The notes below the pieces were generated by a model, which had not been told where the DNA came from, did not search any database, and saw only the letters and a list, made by a program, of their open reading frames with translations. Below, in pieces: positions 8,891 to 18,210 of a stretch of 64,000 bases of DNA; the stretch's first letter is position 1, and every line of letters begins with the position of its first letter. Source of the stretch: Planctomycetota bacterium (GTDB lineage Bacteria > Planctomycetota > SZUA-567 > H5-PLA8). The stretch spans positions 1 through 64,000 of the forward strand of contig JBBRPR010000022.1 in the NCBI GenBank assembly GCA_038227875.1. The letters run 5' to 3'. The position numbers and the translations under genes were made by a program.

Positions 8891-10291
8891 ATGGGCGACA
8901 CCGTCATATCCCAAGCACCCCGCTGCACCAACCATCCACCCATGTCCGCGGTTCTGGCATGCACGGCCTGCAAAGCCAATCTGTGCCGACTTTGCGTGGT
9001 GATGGTGAAGAGCGTGGAAGTCTGCGTCGATTGCAAAGCGCCGACGCGCCGCTTGAGCGGCGACGAACTGGGCCAGGCCGCTCAGCACCAGACGGCCGTG
9101 CTGCGGCGGCCGTCCACCGCGACTGCGCCGACGCGAGCTGCCTCCGCGACCGCCACGCCGATTCCCAAAGCTCCGCCGCCCGTGCCGCCTGCTCCCGCGC
9201 CCGCTCCGGTGGCGGCACCGAAAGAAGAAAAGCCGGCCGGCGCGCCGACAATCCTTGAACGCAAGCCGCCGTACTTCTGCAAGAAGCATGAGAAAGTGAA
9301 AGCGACGCGTTCCTGCGCGCACTGCAGCGAGTACTACTGCAACGGCTGCGCGAAGATGGTCGAATCCAATCCGCGCTGTCCGGATTGCGGCGGCCAGATC
9401 AACGCGCTGCTGCCGGAAATTCAACGCATGCCCGCTCGCACGATGGGCCAGGACATTCACGACGCGATGCTCTTCCCTTTCAAAGGGTCCGGCAAGCTGA
9501 TGCTGGTGCTGGGCACGGTCTTCATTTTTGCACTTCACTTTGCCGGGAACAGAGGCCGCGCGATCGCGGCGGGATACATGTACGTTTACGGCATGAAAAT
9601 CTGCAGAAGTTCGGCCACGGGTCGCGAAGCGCCGCCGGAATGGCCGGCCTTTGGCGATTTGGGCGGCGCGTGGTATTTCTTCATCGCATGGCTGGTCAGC
9701 CGGATTCCCGCCATCATTGTGCTGGTGGTAATCTGCGCGGCCAGTCCGCTGGCGGTCATGGTTGGCAACACCGACGATTCCGGAATGAGCAGCATGCAGA
9801 GTTCCGATGACGAACCGCCGGGCGAGCCGCTGCCGGGACTCGACAACCAGGACGAATCGATGCGCGACAAGGCGGCGCGCAAGGAGCGCGAGCGGCAGGC
9901 GTGGGAGGCCCGCCACCGCCGGCGCGAACTGGCCAAGCCCAACCTGATTCCTTATTACATCGTCGACCTGCTGGGCAATCTCTACATGCCCATGGCACTG
10001 CTGGCGCTGATCCTGTTCCGCACTTACGGCGTGCTCAATCCGCTCTTCATCTTCGGCTCGATCCTGCGCGTCGGCGGCGCGTACCTGGCGACTTTCATGA
10101 CCATCTCCGCCGCGCATCTCGTCGCGCACGTGCCTGAAGTATTGTCGAAGGCGCTGGAGGAAAGCATTGCGGGAATTTTCATTGTTCCGTTTGTCAGCGC
10201 GTTCTTCTTCCTGTATTTGCTAATGGTCTCCATGCGTGCTCTTGGCGTGATGTATTACTACAACCAGAAAAAGCTGGGATGGTTCACCTGA
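8891..10291 (+). CDS. paralogous double B-box-like zinc-finger membrane protein
   Basis: same architecture as 7420-8781; shares NPRCPDCGGQINALLPE and LYLLMVSMRALGVMYYYNQxKLGWFT. Confidence 0.8.
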   Translation: MGDTVISQAPRCTNHPPMSAVLACTACKANLCRLCVVMVKSVEVCVDCKAPTRRLSGDELGQAAQHQTAVLRRPSTATAPTRAASATATPIPKAPPPVPPAPAPAPVAAPKEEKPAGAPTILERKPPYFCKKHEKVKATRSCAHCSEYYCNGCAKMVESNPRCPDCGGQINALLPEIQRMPARTMGQDIHDAMLFPFKGSGKLMLVLGTVFIFALHFAGNRGRAIAAGYMYVYGMKICRSSATGREAPPEWPAFGDLGGAWYFFIAWLVSRIPAIIVLVVICAASPLAVMVGNTDDSGMSSMQSSDDEPPGEPLPGLDNQDESMRDKAARKERERQAWEARHRRRELAKPNLIPYYIVDLLGNLYMPMALLALILFRTYGVLNPLFIFGSILRVGGAYLATFMTISAAHLVAHVPEVLSKALEESIAGIFIVPFVSAFFFLYLLMVSMRALGVMYYYNQKKLGWFT

Positions 10292-11292
10292 TGGCAAAAC
10301 ACAACCGGCCGCGCATCGCTGTCATCGGTGCCGGCCACATGCCGTGCGACTTTCATCTTCCATCGCAACAGCACCTCGCGAAAATCGGACGCAGCGATCT
10401 GGCGGCGATCTGCGACATCAACGCAGACACCGCCGCGCGCGCCGCGAAGGAATTCGGCATCCCAGCCGTCTACACCGATGTCAACACGATGCTCCGCACC
10501 GAGAAGCCCGACGGCGTGATCGTGGTCGTGCCGGTGAAATTCACCGCGCGCGTCGCCTCGCAGGTGCTGGCCGCGGGATTTCCCGTTTTTCTCGAGAAGC
10601 CGCCCGGCGCATCGTCGCGGGAATGCCGGCAGATCATCGCCGCCGCCAAAAAGAGCCGCAAACCGAACGTCGTCGCCTTCAACCGCCGCCACTGCCCGGT
10701 GATCGTGCAGGGCAAAGCCGAGATCCTCAAGCGCGGCAAGATCAAGGGCGCGTCCGCCTTGATGTACCGCCACCGCCGCGAGGACGATGACTTTTTCTAC
10801 GGCACGGGAATCCACAGCCTCGATGCGCTGCGCTACCTCGGCGGCGACATCGACCGCGTCGAACTCGATCACCGCACCGTCGGCAAGGGCGAACGGCCGG
10901 TCTACACACTGATCGTCAGCTACAAAAATGGTGGCGTGGGCACGCTGGAAATCCGGCCTCAGTCCGGCGCGCATCTGGAGCGCTACGAGATTTTCGGCAC
11001 GGAGGCGATCGCGTTTGTCAACGCCGGCGTGGGCTGGCTGCTCGACGCACCCGGCTCCTGCACGCTCTACGATCAGAACAAGGCCGTGAAGCTACCCAAC
11101 CCACTGGCCGCGCACGCCAAAGCGAAAGGCAAACTCGCCTCGGCCATCGCTGGCGGTTTTTTTGGAGAAAACGAAGCCTTCGTCAACGCCTTGCGCGGCG
11201 AAGGTGCGTTTACGCCCAGCGTCGAAGAGAGCATCCAGTCCGTCGAGATCGCGGAGTCCGTGCAGGCCGGCAAGAGCTGGAAGCGCCGCTGA
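10291..11292 (+). CDS. Gfo/Idh/MocA family oxidoreductase
   Basis: RIAVIGAG, FLEKPP, VAFNRR, GIHSLD; TGATG overlap with the upstream gene. Confidence 0.9.
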   Translation: MAKHNRPRIAVIGAGHMPCDFHLPSQQHLAKIGRSDLAAICDINADTAARAAKEFGIPAVYTDVNTMLRTEKPDGVIVVVPVKFTARVASQVLAAGFPVFLEKPPGASSRECRQIIAAAKKSRKPNVVAFNRRHCPVIVQGKAEILKRGKIKGASALMYRHRREDDDFFYGTGIHSLDALRYLGGDIDRVELDHRTVGKGERPVYTLIVSYKNGGVGTLEIRPQSGAHLERYEIFGTEAIAFVNAGVGWLLDAPGSCTLYDQNKAVKLPNPLAAHAKAKGKLASAIAGGFFGENEAFVNALRGEGAFTPSVEESIQSVEIAESVQAGKSWKRR

Positions 11293-11313
11293 CGGCGCTT
11301 CACGCTCCGCGCA

Positions 11314-11661
11314 TTATTTCAACAGCTTCTGGTACGTCTCCTGATCAAAGCCGACGATCAGCGTTTTGCCGACCGTGAATGCCGGCGCGCGAAGATTGCC
11401 GCTCGGTCCGATCAGCACGTTCAGCAGCGCTTCGTCGTCGGGCTTGTCTTTCTTCAAGTTGAAGTGGAACACCTTCTTGCCCCTGGTCGCATAAAGCTCG
11501 TCGGATTTGCGCGCCAGTTCCAGCGCTTCTTTCTTGCCCAGCGGAGCCTTCTTCGCGTCGACGACTTCCAGTGTCTCTACTTTGTTCTTCGCAAGAAACT
11601 CTTGCGTGCGTCCACAGGTCACTCACCCCTTGCGGTGAAACATCCAGTCGATCTTGGCCAC
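11314..11661 (-). CDS. ArsC-family thioredoxin-fold selenoprotein (UxxC; in-frame TGA at 11623-11625 read as Sec)
   Basis: AGGGGG RBS, GTG start at 11661, MAKIDWMFHRKG-TGA-VTCGRTQEFL continuous with the 102-aa ORF 11314-11622, which carries the ArsC/Spx-like GNLRAP...LIVGF tail. Confidence 0.85.
11590..11606 (-). promoter_or_regulatory. putative bacterial SECIS hairpin
   Basis: CGCAAGA-GTT-TCTTGCG 7-bp stem whose loop begins GU 23 nt after the UGA. Confidence 0.6.
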
Positions 11662-11710
11662 GGTATTCAAATCCCCCTGCTCGATGATTGAAGACGGTGT
11701 TCCGATGAGC

Positions 11711-13108
11711 CTACTTTTCTACCGGCACGCGCTTGCCAAGCAAATGACGGAGCGCATCTTCCAGTTCGGGAAAGCGGAAGCGGTAGTTGTGTTCCAACAG
11801 TTTCTTCGGCGTCACGCGCGTGCTGGTCAAGAGCAGCTCCTCGGCCATTTCGCCCAACGCCAGACGCGCCGCGAAAGCGGGCATCGGGAAAATCGTCGGG
11901 CGCCCCAGCACTTTGCCCAGCGTCTTGGTGAATTCGTGGTTGGTCACGGCGCGGGGCGCGACGACGTTCATCGCGCCGTTGATCTCGTCATTGACGGCCG
12001 CGAAATGCAGCGCGCCGATCACGTCCTCGATCGAGACCCAGCTCCAGTATTGTTCGCCCGAACCGACCACGCCGCCAACGCCCATCTTGAACGGCGTCAG
12101 CATCTTCGCCAGCGCGCCGCCGGCGGGACTCAAGACCACACCCAACCGAGCGTGGACGACGCGAATGCCCGCGCGCTCCGCGGCCGCCGTCGATGCTTCC
12201 CATTCCTTACAGACATCGGCAAGGAACTTCGGCCCTTTTGGGGACGATTCATCGACGATGGTGCTGCCCGTGTCGCCGTAGTAACCGATCGCGGACGCGG
12301 AGATCAAAGCCAGCGGCGGGCGCTTGAGCTTCGCCAGCGTTTCGCTGAGCAGCGTGGTGCCTTTCACGCGGCTTTCGAGGATCTTGCGCTTCTTCTCCGC
12401 CGACCAGCGGCCGGCGATATTCTCGCCCGCGAGATGGATCACCGCATCCACGCCTTCCAGTCGCGCGGCGTCGATGGTTCCGGCCTCCATGTCCCAGGCA
12501 ATGTCGTTGGCATTCGGTTTCGAACCGGAGCGGACCAGGCGCGAGACGCGGTGCCCTGCGGTTGTCAGCAGCGGAACCAACGCCGAGCCGACCAATCCAC
12601 TGGCGCCCGTGACGACAATGTTCAGCGCGCGAACCGGCGCGTGCGTGGCAGTAGCTGCGTTGCTTTCAAGATCCATTTGAGTCACCTGATGGCGGTAGTC
12701 GAAAAGATGGTTAAGCCGGTTCACAATCATGCCCTTCCCCAGCGCGCGCCCGAGCACGCCGAAAGGCAGCTCGTATTCCACGCGATCTTCCAGCACGCAG
12801 GCATAATCGCCTTCGGGCACAAACGTGTGAGTATGCTCCCACTTCGCGAACGGACCTTTCTCCTGAACATCCTGAAACTGCGCGCCCTGAACGACGTTGG
12901 TGTGCCGCGCCAGCCACTTCATCGAAAACGGGCCGGCTCCGATTTTCAGTTCCACCGTGCTCCCATTTTCGAGACCGCCACTGCGCCGCACCACCGTGAC
13001 GGGATCCCACGGCGGGTTCAGTCGCTCGAACGCGCCCGGATTGGAGTGCCATTGGAAGGCCTCGGCTGCGCTGGCTGCAAGTTTGGAACGATGAACGAAT
13101 ACACTCAT
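11711..13108 (-). CDS. TIGR01777-type NAD-dependent epimerase fused to an N-terminal SRPBCC/cyclase domain
   Basis: FQWHSNPGAFERLNPPW...GPFAKWEHTH (SRPBCC); VTGASGLVG, HLAGENIAGRW, SASAIGYYG, GSGEQYWSWVSIED. Confidence 0.9.
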   Translation of the reverse strand: MSVFVHRSKLAASAAEAFQWHSNPGAFERLNPPWDPVTVVRRSGGLENGSTVELKIGAGPFSMKWLARHTNVVQGAQFQDVQEKGPFAKWEHTHTFVPEGDYACVLEDRVEYELPFGVLGRALGKGMIVNRLNHLFDYRHQVTQMDLESNAATATHAPVRALNIVVTGASGLVGSALVPLLTTAGHRVSRLVRSGSKPNANDIAWDMEAGTIDAARLEGVDAVIHLAGENIAGRWSAEKKRKILESRVKGTTLLSETLAKLKRPPLALISASAIGYYGDTGSTIVDESSPKGPKFLADVCKEWEASTAAAERAGIRVVHARLGVVLSPAGGALAKMLTPFKMGVGGVVGSGEQYWSWVSIEDVIGALHFAAVNDEINGAMNVVAPRAVTNHEFTKTLGKVLGRPTIFPMPAFAARLALGEMAEELLLTSTRVTPKKLLEHNYRFRFPELEDALRHLLGKRVPVEK

Positions 13109-13189
13109 AATCCACCACCTTCTAATTTCACTCTACCCCATAGCAGCCTCGAAATCCATAAGAAAATTCATTCAATTCGATCATTCTAC

Positions 13190-13218
13190 TGGATAGCCTA
13201 TCCACTATACGCTATAAT
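13190..13218 (+). promoter_or_regulatory. putative sigma70 promoter with overlapping palindromic operator
   Basis: perfect palindrome TGGATAG-C-CTATCCA (13190-13204) and TATAAT (13213-13218) in an AT-rich divergent intergenic region. Confidence 0.45.
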
Positions 13219-13251
13219 AAATTCGTGGAAATCGACCCAGAGGCCACAACC

Positions 13252-14115
13252 ATGCGCGAACTCCTTACTCCCCGGCAAGTTGCACAAGCCATCGGCGTCA
13301 GTGAAGCCTCGCTCAAACGCTGGTGCGATCGCGGCCTGCTGCTCACTCAGAAAACCGCCGGTGGACATCGGCGGCTACCGCTCAGCGGTGTACTGGAATT
13401 TCTGCGCACCAGCGGCCATCCCCTGATTGATCCCGCGGTACTCGGGCTGCCATCCAACGTGGGCAAGGGTGAGACGGTCATCAATCGCGCGGCCGAGCAC
13501 GCGCAGCGCGCGCTGGAGGCGGGCGCCGACGAGGAGTTCCGCAGCGAGACGTTCAATCTTTTTCTCAACGGCAACGCGCTCTGCGATCTGTGCGACAAAG
13601 TGTTGGCGCCGGCGTTCAGAAATATTGGCAACAGCTGGGAGCATGGCCGCATCGAAGTGTTTCAAGAACGCCGCGCGTGCGAGATCTGTCTGCGCACGCT
13701 CCACGAATTACGGTTGATGCTGCCCGCGCTTTCAGCCGATGCGCCGCTGGCCATCGGCGGCGCGCTCTCCGGTGATCCGTATGTGCTCTCCTCGACGATG
13801 GCCGAGCTGAGCCTGCGCGAAGCCGGCTGGCGCGCGGAGAATTTTGGCGTCGGCATTCCCGTGGAGACATTCTGCGCAGCACTGACCACCGTCAAGCCCA
13901 AGCTGGTGTTTCTGAGCGTGTCCACCATTCCCGATGTGGCTCCCTGGATTGAACGTTACAAGACACTCCGTGCCGCTGCGACGGCAGTGGGCGCTGCCGT
14001 GTCAGTCGGCGGCCGGGCGCTGACCGAAGAGATCCGCCGCGAACTGGATTACACCGCCTACTGCGACACCTTCCGCCACCTCGCCACCTTCGCAACGGCG
14101 TTGCGCGCGTCGTAA
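13252..14115 (+). CDS. MerR-type HTH regulator with CarH/LitR-like B12-binding fold (ligand His residues substituted)
   Basis: LTPRQVAQAIGVSEASLKRW, KTAGGHRR, IGNSW-x9-ER, GDPY, LVFLS, VGGR. Confidence 0.8.
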   Translation: MRELLTPRQVAQAIGVSEASLKRWCDRGLLLTQKTAGGHRRLPLSGVLEFLRTSGHPLIDPAVLGLPSNVGKGETVINRAAEHAQRALEAGADEEFRSETFNLFLNGNALCDLCDKVLAPAFRNIGNSWEHGRIEVFQERRACEICLRTLHELRLMLPALSADAPLAIGGALSGDPYVLSSTMAELSLREAGWRAENFGVGIPVETFCAALTTVKPKLVFLSVSTIPDVAPWIERYKTLRAAATAVGAAVSVGGRALTEEIRRELDYTAYCDTFRHLATFATALRAS

Positions 14116-14163
14116 TTCCCACCCGTACTTTCCACATGTCGCCTTTTCGGTTCTAATTCGTTT

Positions 14164-14997
14164 ATGAATCTGGACAGCCTTACCCTGCATCCCATCGGCG
14201 TGATTCGCACGCCGTACTCCGACCGTTTTCGCGCGCCGCGGCAGCCGAGCATGGCCGACGCCAGTTGCGAAGCGACGGTGATTTTGAATCCCGACCACAA
14301 TTTCGAGCAGGCGTGCGAGGACCTCGTGGGCTTCGACATGATCTGGCTGATCGTCTGGCTCCATCACAACAAAACGTGGAAGCCGAAGGTGCTGCCGCCG
14401 CGCGGGCCGCGCAAGAAGCGCAGCGTTTTCGCCACACGCTCGCCGCACCGTCCCAATCCGCTCGGTCTTTCCACGGCACGCCTGCTGGAGATCAAAGGCC
14501 GCACACTCCATCTCGGCGCCACCGATCTGCTCGACGGCACGCCGATCCTCGACATCAAACCGTACATTCCGTACGCCGATTCCTTCCCCGATGCGCGCGC
14601 CGGCTGGCTCGACGATGTCGCCGCCGCGGAAGCGAGCGCCAAGGCGGCGTGCCTGACTTACACCGTGGAGTGGTCGGAACTCGCGCGACGACAGGCGGAA
14701 TGGCTGGCGAAAGAATTCGAGATCGAACTGTCCGCCGAAGCCACGCGCATCCTTACCAACGACCCCTCCCCTCACCCGTACCGCCGCATTTCGCGCTGGA
14801 GCCGCACGCATCTGATTCTGGCGATCAAGTCCTGGCGGGTGAAGTTCACCGTCGACGGCACACGCGTTTTCGTGGAGCGTATTGTCAGCGGGTACTCGAT
14901 TTCATCGATGTCTCGCGCCGCGCAGACGCAGGAGTTGCTCCACGACCAGCAAGCTCACGACGCCTTTCACAAAGCATGGCCGCAGATTCCCGACTGA
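14164..14997 (+). CDS. trmO: tRNA (t6A37-N6)-methyltransferase
   Basis: PIGVIRTPY, APRQ, VFATRSPHRPNPLGLS, DLLDGTPILDIKPYIPYADS. Confidence 0.92.
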   Translation: MNLDSLTLHPIGVIRTPYSDRFRAPRQPSMADASCEATVILNPDHNFEQACEDLVGFDMIWLIVWLHHNKTWKPKVLPPRGPRKKRSVFATRSPHRPNPLGLSTARLLEIKGRTLHLGATDLLDGTPILDIKPYIPYADSFPDARAGWLDDVAAAEASAKAACLTYTVEWSELARRQAEWLAKEFEIELSAEATRILTNDPSPHPYRRISRWSRTHLILAIKSWRVKFTVDGTRVFVERIVSGYSISSMSRAAQTQELLHDQQAHDAFHKAWPQIPD

Positions 14998-14998
14998 G

Positions 14999-15139
14999 TG
15001 GCGCCACGGATGCGCGAATTCCAGAGCGAAGCGATGGAATATGTTCATCCATGCGTTGCGTACCACAAATTCAATGCGCCACACGCACGGATGAACGGCT
15101 CGTTTCGCTACGCTCAACGATCCGCGCATCCGTAGTACC
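14999..15139. repeat. long imperfect palindrome (REPIN/MITE-like)
   Basis: nested inverted arms ACGGATGCGCG/CGCGCATCCGT, GAGCGAAGCGA/TCGCTACGCTC, GTTCATCCATGCGT/ACGCACGGATGAAC. Confidence 0.75.
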
Positions 15140-15213
15140 AGGAGGACAGATTGCTTGACTTCAGTTGGCCGGATGTTATTTCCGACTCAGCACCCAACCT
15201 ATAGGAGGATGCC

Positions 15214-16236
15214 ATGAGTACCAAATTCCACGCTTACGCTGCCGCAGCTAAAGGCGCACCGCTCAAGGTCATCGAATTCGATCCCGGTGCGCTCGGCGAC
15301 GAGCAGGTTGAGATCAAGGTTGACTACTGCGGCGTCTGCCACTCCGATCTATCAATGCTCGATAACGAATGGGGCTTCTCCGCCTATCCGTTTGTGCCGG
15401 GGCATGAAATTGTTGGCACGATCGTCGCCGCCGGACCGCAGGTGAAGAACGTCAAGGTCGGGCAGCGCGTCGGCATGGGTTGGTTCTCCGGAAGTTGCAT
15501 GGCCTGCCAGCAGTGCCTGTCGGGAAATCACAATCTTTGCCCCACGCGCGAACAGACCATCATTCAACGCCACGGCGGATTCGCCGACCGGGTGCGCTGC
15601 CACTGGGTCTGGGCCTCGCCGCTTCCCGATGCGCTCGACGCGTCGAAAATTGGACCGCTCTTCTGCGGCGGCGCCACTGTCTTCAATCCGATCATTGAAT
15701 TCGGCGTCAAGCCCACCGACCGCGTCGGCGTGATCGGCATCGGCGGGCTCGGACACATGGCGTTGAATTTCCTGAACAAATGGGGCTGCGAAGTCACCGC
15801 GTTTACGTCAAGCGACGCGAAGCGCGAGGAAGCGCAGCGCCTCGGTGCGCATCGCGTGGTGAATACGCGCGACGCGTCGCAGCTGGCCGGCATCGCCGGT
15901 TCGCTGAACTTCATTCTCTCGACGGTCAACGCGCCGCTGGATTGGGAAGCCTACTTCAAGGTCCTCGCGCCCAAGGGCAAACTGCATTTGGTCGGAATAG
16001 TCAGCGCGCCGATTCCCGTCAATGCGTTCACGCTCATCGGCGAACAAAAATCGCTCTCCGGATCGCCGCTGGCCAGTCCCTCGACCGTGCAGACGATGCT
16101 CCAGTTCTGCGCGCGCCACAAGATCGAACCGATCGTCGAGAAGTTCCCGATGTCCAGGATCAACGAAGCCATCGAACGTCTCCGCGCCGGAAAAGCGCGG
16201 TACCGGATCGTCCTCGAAAACGATATGAAGGGATGA
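15214..16236 (+). CDS. Zn-dependent NAD(P) alcohol dehydrogenase / aldehyde reductase (Ahr/YjgB-like)
   Basis: CGVCHSD, GHEIVG, CxxCxxCx7C, PLFCGG, GIGGLGH; AGGAGG RBS. Confidence 0.93.
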   Translation: MSTKFHAYAAAAKGAPLKVIEFDPGALGDEQVEIKVDYCGVCHSDLSMLDNEWGFSAYPFVPGHEIVGTIVAAGPQVKNVKVGQRVGMGWFSGSCMACQQCLSGNHNLCPTREQTIIQRHGGFADRVRCHWVWASPLPDALDASKIGPLFCGGATVFNPIIEFGVKPTDRVGVIGIGGLGHMALNFLNKWGCEVTAFTSSDAKREEAQRLGAHRVVNTRDASQLAGIAGSLNFILSTVNAPLDWEAYFKVLAPKGKLHLVGIVSAPIPVNAFTLIGEQKSLSGSPLASPSTVQTMLQFCARHKIEPIVEKFPMSRINEAIERLRAGKARYRIVLENDMKG

Positions 16237-17180
16237 GCCGCATGGCCCAGGCGTCAGAAGTGCGTTTGCGCGCGATGGAGCGGAAGGATTGGGCGGAAGT
16301 CGCCGACCTGATCTACGTCTCCACCAACTATTGGTACGAAACCCATGGCCGCCCGGCAATTTTCCGCGGCGGCCCGTCGGCGACGATGCTCTTCTGCGAA
16401 GTCTACGAGAGCCTCGATCCCGGCTGCTGCGTCGTCGCCGAAAGCACGGCGACCGGGCGGCTGATGGGTTCGTGCTTTTACCATCCGCGCGAAACGCACG
16501 TCTCGCTGGGCATCATGAACGTTCATCCCAACTATTTCGGCAAGGGTGTCGCGCGCGCGTTGCTGAATTTCATCATCGACTTCGCCGACCGCGAGAAGAA
16601 GCCGCTGCGTCTGGTCTCCAGCGCGCTGAATCTCGATTCATTCTCGCTTTACACCCGCGCCGGTTTCGTGCCGCGTTGCGCGTTTCAGGACATGTTTCTG
16701 GAGGTCCCCAAAAGCGGCCTGAGCGCCACGAACGCACTGAGCTCGCGCGTGCGGCCGGCGACGCTCGACGACGTCGAAAAGATGGCCGCGATTGAGCTGG
16801 CGATCAGCGGCATCAGCCGCCGCAAGGACTACCGCCATTTCATCGAGAACGCCGCCGGAATCTGGCACGTCTCCGTGCTCGAAAATGACTCCCATGCGCT
16901 CGACGGATTCTGCGTATCGATTGCACATCCGGGCAGCAACATTGTCGGCCCTGGCGTCGCGCGCACGGAAGACGGCGCAGCCGCGCTGCTGCTGGCGGAG
17001 CTCAACCAGAACCGCGGTCGCACGCCGGTTTTTCTCGTGCCCGTGCACTGCGAAAAGCTGGTGCAGTTCGCTTACGGACTGGGCGCCAAGAATTGCGAGA
17101 TGCATTTCGCGCAGGTCCGCGGCGCGTTCACGAATTTCAACGGAGTTGTGCTGCCGTCGTTCATGCCGGAAACGGCGTAA
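16233..17180 (+). CDS. GNAT family N-acetyltransferase
   Basis: VHPNYFGKGVARALL acetyl-CoA motif, LYTRAGF; ATGA overlap with the dehydrogenase stop. Confidence 0.85.
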   Translation: MSRMAQASEVRLRAMERKDWAEVADLIYVSTNYWYETHGRPAIFRGGPSATMLFCEVYESLDPGCCVVAESTATGRLMGSCFYHPRETHVSLGIMNVHPNYFGKGVARALLNFIIDFADREKKPLRLVSSALNLDSFSLYTRAGFVPRCAFQDMFLEVPKSGLSATNALSSRVRPATLDDVEKMAAIELAISGISRRKDYRHFIENAAGIWHVSVLENDSHALDGFCVSIAHPGSNIVGPGVARTEDGAAALLLAELNQNRGRTPVFLVPVHCEKLVQFAYGLGAKNCEMHFAQVRGAFTNFNGVVLPSFMPETA

Positions 17181-17231
17181 GGGCATATCAAAATTTAACA
17201 GGGACCATATGGCAAATTTGCCAGAGCCCTT

Positions 17232-18089
17232 CTAATTCGCGCCGATGGCTACGCGGCGGTTCTGGGGCTGCGTGAGATCTTCGCCTTCCGGCCGCCGAAA
17301 GTTCTGCCAATAGCCGTCCTTGTCCTGGCCGCGGCAGAGCACCGACTGGCCGCGCCACGCAGGGTTCACGGAGCGGACGTACGGCGGGCAGTAGCGCAGC
17401 GTCAATCCGCAGCGGCGCTTGTCCGACGGATTGGGCGGCGAGCCATGCGCAAGCATGTCGGCGTGGAGTTCGATCTCGCCGGCTTTCAGTTCGATCGGCA
17501 CCGGCCGGCCGTACTGCTCGATCTGTTCGATCTCCTGATTGAGCACCGCCGGCCCACGCGTGTCCTTCCACGAGAGATGCCCGAGGCGGTGCGTTCCCGG
17601 GATGAACGACATGCAGCCGTTCTCGACGGACGCGTCGTCGATCGCCAGCCAGACCGTGACCGTGCGCGCGGGTGTGAACGGCCAGTATGACGCGTCCTGG
17701 TGCCACGGCACGCTCTTGGGATCGTGGGGCGTCTTGCAGAAAAAATGCGTGCCCCAGCAGACGATGTCCGGCCCGATCAGGTCTTCGACGAGATCGAGAA
17801 TCTGCGGCGTCATGATCATGTCCCAAATGCCACGGCAGTGCGTGTGGTAGCCGTTGATCGAATACGTATCGCGGCCGTCGCGGAATTCCTTGAGCTGTGC
17901 CAGCAGGCTGTCGAAGTAGCGCCGGTTCTCCGCCGCACCGGCTTCGTCGAAAATCCGGAACGCTTTGAGATAGCCGTCGCGGTTATACGTCTCGATCTGC
18001 TCGCGGGTGAGATGCTTCGGGTTGGGATTGAACGTCGGCTTGAAGATCAGGTCGCGTTGACTCATCGGATCGGCGGTGGCTGTGGACAT
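17232..18089 (-). CDS. phytanoyl-CoA dioxygenase (PhyH) family Fe(II)/2OG enzyme
   Basis: VPWHQDASYW, WLAIDDASVENGCM, HGSPPNPSDKRR. Confidence 0.92.
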   Translation of the reverse strand: MSTATADPMSQRDLIFKPTFNPNPKHLTREQIETYNRDGYLKAFRIFDEAGAAENRRYFDSLLAQLKEFRDGRDTYSINGYHTHCRGIWDMIMTPQILDLVEDLIGPDIVCWGTHFFCKTPHDPKSVPWHQDASYWPFTPARTVTVWLAIDDASVENGCMSFIPGTHRLGHLSWKDTRGPAVLNQEIEQIEQYGRPVPIELKAGEIELHADMLAHGSPPNPSDKRRCGLTLRYCPPYVRSVNPAWRGQSVLCRGQDKDGYWQNFRRPEGEDLTQPQNRRVAIGAN

Positions 18090-18210
18090 GTTTTCGAGCT
18101 CTCCAGAGAATTCAATTTTTACATACCCGATCTTATGCTACCGATACCCCGCTCATCCATGGAATAAAGCAACGTAGGAATGTCTTTTCTTAACTTCCGC
18201 GCTAGACTCT

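Noticed and set aside
11654..13426. Long ORFs antisense to real genes (also 19132-20478, 38274-40043, 45488-47299, 53429-55057)
   Set aside because: Shadow ORFs expected in high-GC DNA; the opposite strand carries clear family motifs.
15780..16232. Long N-terminal extension of the GNAT ORF
   Set aside because: It overlaps the alcohol dehydrogenase in another frame; ATGA coupling at 16233 gives the natural start.
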